Shown in pieces: positions 6,699 to 13,496 of a DNA stretch of 13,496 nucleotides. The notes below the pieces were generated by a model that was not told the DNA's origin, did no database searches, and was given only the letters and a program-made list of their open reading frames with translations. The stretch's first letter is position 1; every line of letters starts with the position of its first letter. Both the position numbers and the translations under genes were made by a program. Source of the DNA: Candidatus Krumholzibacteriia bacterium (GTDB taxonomy: Bacteria > Krumholzibacteriota > Krumholzibacteriia > WVZY01); contig JAZGDW010000289.1 of NCBI GenBank assembly GCA_036478295.1, positions 1 through 13,496 on the forward strand. The letters are read 5' to 3'.

Positions 6699-9600
6699 CT
6701 ACTTCAATAAAACCATTTTCCGCGTGCGAGTAAAGCCCTTCGTGACCAACCGGTAGAAATACACTCCGCTGGACACCGATTGTCCGGCGTTGCTGCGGCC
6801 GTCCCAGGTCGCTTCGAGCCCTTCCGGGTTCGGTGTACGGACCTCATTGACCAGCGTCCGGACCAGCTGACCCGCAGCGTTGTAGATGCGGAGCGATACG
6901 TGCGCCCGTTCCTTTATGGAGTAGCGGATCGTCGTCGTCGGATTGAACGGGTTGGGGTAATTGGGTTCCAGCCCGTTCACGAACTGCAGTGGTTCGTCGA
7001 ATCCAGTCGGGTTCGTGGGAGGACCACTCATCATAAACCGCATGATGTTCTTCAGGTGGGTGGCGCGTACCGGCACCGCACCGGGGGTACCCACGTCGCG
7101 GATGTAGTGAAAGCTGAATCCGGACAGTACGAAGCGCGCGGTCGACCCAGCCGAGTTCGGGGTCGCCTGGCTGAGGACGTAGGTCTTGCCAGTCGCCAGG
7201 TTGTTGTATGCGGCCACCGAAAGCCCCGTGGCCTGCAGAAGATCAAAATCATTGATCAACGGGCAACCCCCGAGGGCGATGAGCTGTTCGCCGGCATTCC
7301 ACAAATCGACTCCATCGAGGACCGGGCTGATCGGCTCGCCGGCGTTCTTATGATCGCCGCCCGGAGCCAGCGGATCCAGGTTGAAGTTCATGTAGGTTGC
7401 CCGAGTGTTCACGGCGGCCGTGCCGATCAGCACGTTGGCCCAATCCGTCGCGGCGTCGTCTGCGCTGTAGTAGACGCCCGGATTGTCGGTGTGCTGGTCC
7501 AAAAAAGTAAAGATCAGGTCGAAGTCCGGAGACTTATCCGCGCTGCCGCCCCCGCTCTGCCACCCGCCGTCGTTGATCAGGGTCGACGACAGGTTGCCGC
7601 TGTTCCAGATGATGGCACGGTAGGGAGCGATGATCTGGTTCTGCACGTTCTTCACGCGAGAGCCCAGACTATTGCTGACACCCGACGATGGGCCCAGGAC
7701 GTCGTAACGGTCTACGAATTCCCTATGCCTGTTCCACAGATCGAACGCCGTATCGAAAAATAACTGCGCCGGACCCCCGCGGTCGTCGGTGTCATCGACG
7801 TAGAGGATCTCTCCACCCCTGAGGAATCCACCGGCGGGAAGAATCGTGAATTCCATCGGGGAACTCGCCGCTTCGTTGATGTCGTCCGTCGTGTGGTTAC
7901 TGCCCTGACCGTTGAGCGTCCGGTGGAAGTACGTCGCGTTACCACTACCGTCATCCCCACCGAAGAAGTAGCAGACCGTATCGCCCGGTGTGAAGAGGTT
8001 GTCGTTCAAGTCGATCGAGAAGCGATCGGCCAACGCCGCTCCTGCTGCGGTGAGCGCCGTATCCATACGGAACTGGTACCACTGCGTGCCGGCGAGCACG
8101 GGGCTCGCGACCAGCGGCCAGCGCTTGCCGCCCGCCGCGCTCAGGTTCGCTCGGGTCTCGGGTGCTTCGATATCTGCACCTGTCTTGCCCGCTTGACCTT
8201 GCGGCCACACGGCCACATAGACGTAACCCGCAGGGCCCTCGCCGGTGAAGGCGTCGGTGCCGATGTTCGTAATGTCCATCGTCACCGAGTCACCCGGTTG
8301 AATGGTGGAACTGCTGGTTGAGGCGATGTCGTTCGCGGCATCCGCACGCGCGGTACCAGTCAGCGTTCCGTCCTCGGCAAAGTTGTCCTGAAAGAGATCG
8401 AGGTGACGGATGACCCACCGGGGACCCACCACGTTAATGCGCTTGACGTGCACGTTGTCGAAAAGGGGACCCTGGCTATGGCAGGCGCCGGTTCCGAAGA
8501 TGTTACACCACACGCCGCACATGTCGGCCACGCCGACGGCGACCTGGATCTGTTCTGCGGCCGGATCGACAAGGAAACTGATATCCCTGGACGTGCGGTG
8601 CCACGCTCTATTGATAAAAGGGCAGCATACCTGGTTGGTCAGCCACGGGCCCGGGCAGCCCCCGATCCACGATCGCACACTCCAGGTGTCGAACAGCAAG
8701 TTGTCCAGCGGGAGGTCCCTATAGGTCAGGACCTCTAGCCTGAACTCGTTACCGGAGCCGAAGTTGGCGATCAGCGGTGACCAGATCTCATTCTTGATAT
8801 AGAGCCCGTCCCTCCCGAAGGGAACCGCGCCCTGCTCGGGCCGCGGGTCGGGGAGGTGGCAGGCCCAATTGGTGCTGGCCGGGTCGTCGAAAAACCCCCA
8901 AAGACTACTGAGGTTCGTGAAACAGGGATCCAGATCCTGGAAAACCGCCACACCCGGATAGAGTGCTGCGAAGTCTCCGAAAGGAGCGGGAACGGTGCCG
9001 GTCCAGACGCCGTCGGTGAGATCGCCCGGGCTTTCCAGCTCAAAGTTCGAAAAACGTACTCCGTTACTGACACCACCGGAGAACGTTTCGATGGTAATGC
9101 TATCGAGCAGTATAGCCCCGTCGGTGGGCCAAAGGCCGTCCTCATCGGACCAGGCACCGTCGGACGTGAATGCAAACCGCAGGTCCACCGAAGTCAAACC
9201 GCCGGCCGTGAAGCTCTCAACGAGTGTCAGCGGACCACCATCATAGATATTGGGGCGATACGTGAGACCCTGGCCCACCGGCAAGTCCTGCCAGGTCGCG
9301 CCGCCGTCGCCGGAATACTGCAGTGCGGTGCCGTCGTAGCCCGGCTCCGAGTCCCAGAACACCTTGTAACTGATGCGCAGACTGTCGCCGGTTTGGCTAC
9401 CGGTTTTGAGCCACTGGGCCCACCCATGTCCATAACCAGGTAGTGTTGCCCAATTACAGAAAGGAGCGGCGGTGTTCGGTGCCATCCCACACCACATGGA
9501 CTGGCTGCCCTCGAGAGGCAACAGGTTGCCGCCGTTGCCTCCGTCGAGTTCGGCACCGTCGGCCACGTGAAACATAATGTCAATCTGCTCGGTGAGGTCG

Positions 9601-9878
9601 TGGCTGGTCCAGCCTTGGGGGTCCGGGGCTCCGCCGGTGTCAAAGCTGTACCACCCGAGGTGGAACGTGTCGCTGGCCACGCTCGAATGCCGCGGGGCAG
9701 GTAACAGCCGCTGGATGTCCGGCGGAAGATTCTCTGGAATCACCGGTGCCATAGGTCGTGGCTGGACCCTGGGCTCTACTTTCTTCGCGTGGGCGCCCGG
9801 AGGCGACAGCGTGGACAGGAAAAGACTAAACAAGAAACACGAAAGGAATAACCGGAAGAACAATGGGAATAGCCTCAT
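6699..9878 (-). CDS. Large secreted protein of unknown function with C-terminal FlgD-Ig/T9SS-sorting-like domain (paralog A, 1059 aa)
   Basis: Sec signal peptide (MRLFPLFFRLFLSCFLFSLFLS...AHA) and AGGGGG RBS. Acidic beta-rich N-domain (WDSEPGYD, FTSDGAWSDEDG), alpha/beta-like ILYVDDTDDRGG region, tail NYPNPFNP...SGVYFY...KMVLLK. Colinear with 10052-13180. Confidence 0.9.
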   Translation of the reverse strand: MRLFPLFFRLFLSCFLFSLFLSTLSPPGAHAKKVEPRVQPRPMAPVIPENLPPDIQRLLPAPRHSSVASDTFHLGWYSFDTGGAPDPQGWTSHDLTEQIDIMFHVADGAELDGGNGGNLLPLEGSQSMWCGMAPNTAAPFCNWATLPGYGHGWAQWLKTGSQTGDSLRISYKVFWDSEPGYDGTALQYSGDGGATWQDLPVGQGLTYRPNIYDGGPLTLVESFTAGGLTSVDLRFAFTSDGAWSDEDGLWPTDGAILLDSITIETFSGGVSNGVRFSNFELESPGDLTDGVWTGTVPAPFGDFAALYPGVAVFQDLDPCFTNLSSLWGFFDDPASTNWACHLPDPRPEQGAVPFGRDGLYIKNEIWSPLIANFGSGNEFRLEVLTYRDLPLDNLLFDTWSVRSWIGGCPGPWLTNQVCCPFINRAWHRTSRDISFLVDPAAEQIQVAVGVADMCGVWCNIFGTGACHSQGPLFDNVHVKRINVVGPRWVIRHLDLFQDNFAEDGTLTGTARADAANDIASTSSSTIQPGDSVTMDITNIGTDAFTGEGPAGYVYVAVWPQGQAGKTGADIEAPETRANLSAAGGKRWPLVASPVLAGTQWYQFRMDTALTAAGAALADRFSIDLNDNLFTPGDTVCYFFGGDDGSGNATYFHRTLNGQGSNHTTDDINEAASSPMEFTILPAGGFLRGGEILYVDDTDDRGGPAQLFFDTAFDLWNRHREFVDRYDVLGPSSGVSNSLGSRVKNVQNQIIAPYRAIIWNSGNLSSTLINDGGWQSGGGSADKSPDFDLIFTFLDQHTDNPGVYYSADDAATDWANVLIGTAAVNTRATYMNFNLDPLAPGGDHKNAGEPISPVLDGVDLWNAGEQLIALGGCPLINDFDLLQATGLSVAAYNNLATGKTYVLSQATPNSAGSTARFVLSGFSFHYIRDVGTPGAVPVRATHLKNIMRFMMSGPPTNPTGFDEPLQFVNGLEPNYPNPFNPTTTIRYSIKERAHVSLRIYNAAGQLVRTLVNEVRTPNPEGLEATWDGRSNAGQSVSSGVYFYRLVTKGFTRTRKMVLLK

Positions 9879-9902
9879 GATGCATCCCCCTTGCAGGTTT
9901 CG

Positions 9903-10044
9903 GTCGGCATTCTGGTGAGCGCTACGGACGAATTGATGGATCGCCTAACGGATCCTCGGAACATCCCCCCTACCTGTAGTAGTCGGCATTCTGGTGAGAA
10001 CTACGGACAAATTTACGGACCGCCTGGCGGATCCTCAGCACATC
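9903..10044 (-). repeat. Intergenic tandem duplication, 79-bp period, 63-bp conserved core
   Basis: 9903-9965 and 9982-10044 align without gaps at 53/63 identity, including an invariant 17-mer GTCGGCATTCTGGTGAG. The units are separated by a dissimilar linker. Confidence 0.92.
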
Positions 10045-10051
10045 ACTCCCT

Positions 10052-13000
10052 CTATTTCAAAAGCACCATCTTCTTGGTTTGCGAGAAACCCTTTGTCACC
10101 ATCTTGTAGAAATACACCCCGCTGGACACCGATTGCCCGGCATTGCTGCGGCCGTCCCAGGTGGCTTCGAGCCCATCCGGGTTCGGCGTACGGACCCCAT
10201 GGACCAGCGTCCGGACTAGCTGCCCCGCAGCGTTATAGATGCGGAGCGATACGTGCGCCCGTTCCTTTATGGAATAGCGAATCGTCGTCGTCGGATTGAA
10301 CGGGTTGGGGTAGTTGGCCGCGAGAAAGTTCGCGAGCGGCGCCGTCTCTCCGTCGAACCCCACCGGCGGGGACACCACGCTCTGGAAGAACAACAGGATG
10401 TCCGAGAAAAGCTCGAGCCGCGCAAACGGGAAACCCTGCGCCGGCTGGTGCGCAAACTCCAGGCCGAAGCCGGACATCACGACACGCGCGGTGCTGGCGA
10501 CCGAATTGGCCGTTGTCTGGCTAAGGACATAAGCCTTGCCGGTGGCCATGTTGGTCAGCTCGGCGACCGACGTGCCGACAGGAATCAGTACATCGAAATC
10601 GTTGATCGATGGGCAGCCACCGAACGCGATCACCTGGTCCGGCACACCTGCGTGTTCGAAAATGGTGCCCACGCCGCTCAAGAGGGGTGATATCGGTTCT
10701 CCCACGGCGATGTGATCGCCGTCGGCCAGATCGAAGGTCATGTAAATCGATTTCAGGTTGATCGCGCCCGCGCCGATCAGGCCCGACCATTCCTCGGCGA
10801 TGTTGTTACCGGTGATGAACAACCCGGGGTTGTTTATGTGCAGGTCGAGAAACGCAAACAGCAACGCATAATCATCCGATTTCTCCGGGCCGTTGCCGTC
10901 ACCGATCAATCCATCGGAGAGGGTGCCCGAACTCCACACGATGGTCTTGTAGGAGTCCCGGATCTGCAGCTGGTCGTTCTGCACGCGCGAGGCGAGGCCG
11001 TTGCCCGCGTTGGACGAAGGCCCGAGGACATCGTAGCGGTCGACCTTGGGGAGCATGTCGAGGTAGTCGTATACCCAGTCGAAAAAGAGCTGCGTGGGCC
11101 CACCGCGGTCGTCCGTGTCGTCCACGTAGAGTATATCGCCACCTCTTGCCACGCCGCCGCCGGGCAGAATGGAAAACTCACACGGACTGTTCAGTGCTTC
11201 TGACAGGTCGCTGGTAACGAAATCATCTCCCTGGCCACGGATCCTGCGCGACCAGTAATTGGCGCTGGCCGCGGCATCACGGGCGCAAAGCACGTAGCAG
11301 ATGGTGTCACCCGGGGTGAAGACGGCGTCGTTCAGATCGAACGAAAAACGGTCGGCCAGAGGCGCGCCCGCTGCCGTGAACGCCGAATCCATGCGGAAAC
11401 AGTACCACCAGACTCCGTTGTGCATCAGGCTATCGACCAGCGGATAGCGCGTGCCGACAAGTGCCCGCGACTCGGGGGCTTCGATGTCCGCACCTGCTTT
11501 GCCCGCCTGTCCCGGTGGCCACACGGCCACGTAGGCGTAGACGCTGGGACCGACACCGGTAAAAGGATCGATCGCCAGACCCGCTGCGCCGCCTGTGACG
11601 TCGATGGTAAGCGAATCACCCGGCTGGATGATGGGACTCGAACCAGGTGCGATGTCGTTTGCGATGTCGGCGCGCGCCGTACCGGTCAGCGATCCATCGG
11701 CGGAGAAATTATCCTGGAATAAATCGACGTGCCTCACCCGGAACTGCGGTCCCACGTTATTGATTCGCTCGACACGCACGTCATCGATCAGCGGGGCGTG
11801 ACTGTGGCATTGTCCGGTGCCGAACAGATTGCACCACTGTACGCAAAGGTCCTGGGCGTGGAGCTGAATCCGGAATTCCTCTGCGCCGGTGAGCAAGAAG
11901 CCGACCTGGAAGCGGGGTGTCGCCCAGTCCTTCTGGCCCCCGAAGAACACGAAGCCGTCGACGTGCCCAGGTGGCCCGCAGCCACCGACAAATGGAATGA
12001 TTTCCCACCAGTAAAAGACCAGGTTGTCCAATGGGAGGTCTCGGTACACCTTGAAGGACAGCGTCACCTCGTCACCGGTCCCGGTAAACGGAAGGAGCGG
12101 CGACCAGATGGCATTGTCGAGATAGAAACCGTCGGAGTTCCTGAAGGGTGTCGCTCCGACGTCGGGCCGCGGGTCGGGAACGTGGCACGAGTAGTTGGTC
12201 CTGGTCGGGCTATCGAACCAACCCCACAAGTGGGTGGCGTTTGCGACGCACGGGTCTTCCTGCAGCAGTGTCGAGCCGGGGTAGAGCGCGCCGAAGTCGC
12301 CGAACGAGGCGGGTTGTGCGACTGCCCACACTCCATCGTCGGTCTGCTTCGCGCCGGGGGCCTCGCCCTCAAAGTCCTCGAAGAACGCTGCGGTCAGAAC
12401 GCCACTGTTGAAGCACTGCACGGTGATACTGTCGACGATCACCGCACCGTCGTTCGGCCACAGTCCGTCTTCGTCGGACCAGCCACCGTCGGAGGTAAAA
12501 CGAAAACGCAGCCGGGTCGAATCCGTTGGAACGGGAAACGAGAAACTCTCGACCATCTCCCCAACATCGTCATAAGAGCCCGCGCCGCCATTCACCGCGA
12601 GCGGCACCCAAACGCCCGTTGCGGGGTCATAGTATTCGACCTCGGTCACGTCGTAGGTCGGTTCCGAATCCCAGGCGATCTCGTAGCTGAAGAAGACGCT
12701 GTCGCAGACAAAGGTCGAGGACTCGAGGATCTGGTCCCACCTGTTTCCGTAACCGGGCAAGGTCGCCCAACGGCAGAACGGGTCCGTGCTCGACACATCC
12801 ACACCGCACCACATCGACTGCGCGCCCTCGAGCGGGACCAGTCTTCCAAAATCGCCGCCGTCCAGTTCTCTCGCATCGGCAACATGAAAGAACTCACCGA
12901 GCTGCGCGCTGCCGTCTACGGTCTTCCATCCCTGAGGATCGACCACGCCGCCGTTGTCGAAGGTGAACCAGGCGAGCAGGGTGGTGTCGGCCGTGGTCGA

Positions 13001-13180
13001 GGAAAGCGTGTTGGGACCCGCGAATTCTCGAATCTCCGGCGGAAGCACCACCGGCTGGGGGTGAGTCATATACCTGCGGTTCGCCGCCGGGCGGCCCGGA
13101 ATCTCCCTGGCGGGCAGGTCGGCGATGAAGAGGGGGGCACCGAGACCGGCCAACCACAGCGCTGCCACGAGCTTCTTCAT
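10052..13180 (-). CDS. Large secreted protein of unknown function with C-terminal FlgD-Ig/T9SS-sorting-like domain (paralog B, 1042 aa)
   Basis: Signal peptide MKKLVAALWLAGLGAPLFIA and RBS GGAGGAG. Shares blocks with paralog A (QSMWCG, WATLPGYG, YRDLPLDNL, DLFQDNF, ILYVDDTDDRGGP, VDRYDVLGPSS) and the same NYPNPFNP tail. Confidence 0.9.
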   Translation of the reverse strand: MKKLVAALWLAGLGAPLFIADLPAREIPGRPAANRRYMTHPQPVVLPPEIREFAGPNTLSSTTADTTLLAWFTFDNGGVVDPQGWKTVDGSAQLGEFFHVADARELDGGDFGRLVPLEGAQSMWCGVDVSSTDPFCRWATLPGYGNRWDQILESSTFVCDSVFFSYEIAWDSEPTYDVTEVEYYDPATGVWVPLAVNGGAGSYDDVGEMVESFSFPVPTDSTRLRFRFTSDGGWSDEDGLWPNDGAVIVDSITVQCFNSGVLTAAFFEDFEGEAPGAKQTDDGVWAVAQPASFGDFGALYPGSTLLQEDPCVANATHLWGWFDSPTRTNYSCHVPDPRPDVGATPFRNSDGFYLDNAIWSPLLPFTGTGDEVTLSFKVYRDLPLDNLVFYWWEIIPFVGGCGPPGHVDGFVFFGGQKDWATPRFQVGFLLTGAEEFRIQLHAQDLCVQWCNLFGTGQCHSHAPLIDDVRVERINNVGPQFRVRHVDLFQDNFSADGSLTGTARADIANDIAPGSSPIIQPGDSLTIDVTGGAAGLAIDPFTGVGPSVYAYVAVWPPGQAGKAGADIEAPESRALVGTRYPLVDSLMHNGVWWYCFRMDSAFTAAGAPLADRFSFDLNDAVFTPGDTICYVLCARDAAASANYWSRRIRGQGDDFVTSDLSEALNSPCEFSILPGGGVARGGDILYVDDTDDRGGPTQLFFDWVYDYLDMLPKVDRYDVLGPSSNAGNGLASRVQNDQLQIRDSYKTIVWSSGTLSDGLIGDGNGPEKSDDYALLFAFLDLHINNPGLFITGNNIAEEWSGLIGAGAINLKSIYMTFDLADGDHIAVGEPISPLLSGVGTIFEHAGVPDQVIAFGGCPSINDFDVLIPVGTSVAELTNMATGKAYVLSQTTANSVASTARVVMSGFGLEFAHQPAQGFPFARLELFSDILLFFQSVVSPPVGFDGETAPLANFLAANYPNPFNPTTTIRYSIKERAHVSLRIYNAAGQLVRTLVHGVRTPNPDGLEATWDGRSNAGQSVSSGVYFYKMVTKGFSQTKKMVLLK

Positions 13181-13207
13181 CGAGTCGTTCTCCTCCGTGG
13201 GGTCGGT

Positions 13208-13496
13208 CTATTTCAATAATACCATCTTTTTGGTTTGCGTGAAATCCTTCGTGGCCATCTTGTAGAAATAGACACCGCTCGATACCGTCTGGCCGGCATT
13301 GTTACGACCCTCCCACGTCGCTTCGAAACCGTCCGGCCTCGGGGTTTGCACCTCGTTCACAAGCGTTCGCACCAGCTGCCCCGCCGCGTTGTAAATCCGG
13401 AGCGACACGTGCCCGCGTTCTCTTATCGAGTAGCGGATCCGGGTCACTGGATTGAACGGGTTGGGGTAGTTCGCTTCGAGACGGTTCACAAACTGC
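13208..13496 (-). CDS. 3' end of a third gene with the same FlgD-Ig/T9SS-sorting-like tail (gene C, partial; start lies beyond the window)
   Basis: Frame is open to the window edge (..QFVNRLEANYPNPFNP...KMVLLK*), 70/87 identical to the paralog A tail. The stop is 27 nt upstream of the paralog B start. Confidence 0.88.
   Translation of the reverse strand, partial: QFVNRLEANYPNPFNPVTRIRYSIRERGHVSLRIYNAAGQLVRTLVNEVQTPRPDGFEATWEGRNNAGQTVSSGVYFYKMATKDFTQTKKMVLLK

Noticed and set aside
6780..7763. 327-aa plus-strand ORF (and the similar 10253-10690)
   Set aside because: Antisense shadows of paralogs A and B. Their mutual similarity just reflects the sense-strand paralogy.
9943..9949. GTTAGGC (minus strand) as an integron attC core site between co-oriented genes
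   Set aside because: No matching RYYYAAC inverse core after the paralog B stop, not conserved in the other unit, and absent from the C-B spacer.
9979..10020. Purine-riboswitch-like words (CCGTAAA, GTTCTCACC, CCGACTA)
   Set aside because: They occur in the wrong order, lack the P2 loop motif, and are only partly kept in the second unit.
10035..10043. ATG TGC TGA as a selenocysteine read-through peptide
   Set aside because: The equivalent codon in the other unit is CGA (Arg), not Cys, and no selenoprotein context is evident.
9903..10044. Tandem units as a CRISPR array or a DGR template/variable repeat pair
   Set aside because: Only two 63-bp units with a 16-nt linker and no cas or reverse transcriptase gene. 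Mismatches are not confined to adenines of one copy.
6699..13180. Paralogs A/B as M6 metalloproteases or c-type cytochromes
   Set aside because: No HExxH zinc motif and no CxxCH motif in either protein.
11729..13219. 496-aa plus-strand ORF
   Set aside because: Antisense to paralog B, which has the signal peptide, RBS and paralog support.

Overview
GC-rich bacterial window with three parts. (1) A minus-strand NlpC/P60 cell-wall endopeptidase lipoprotein (178-717). (2) Divergent from it, a complete FadN-FadA-FadE type beta-oxidation operon (882-6572) ending in a strong, probably bidirectional terminator. (3) A convergent minus-strand array of at least three genes sharing an NYPNPFNP...KMVLLK FlgD-Ig/T9SS-sorting-like C-terminal domain (6699-9878, 10052-13180, 13208->13496). 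The two complete genes are ~1050-aa paralogs with signal peptides, Cys- and Asp-rich, of unknown function. That tail suggests an FCB-group candidate phylum such as Krumholzibacteriota/Latescibacterota (inference). The non-coding DNA holds the most unexplained structure. A 79-bp-period tandem duplication fills the 9879-10051 spacer; it has a strand-specific G-U-compatible hairpin and a 12-bp-period CGGA motif. A ~95-nt hairpin repeat occurs twice (69-163, 3384-3474), both times in the same orientation relative to transcription. An FNR/CRP-like TTGAC-N4-GTCAA palindrome lies in the divergent promoter region. All alignments were done by eye; no searches were run.
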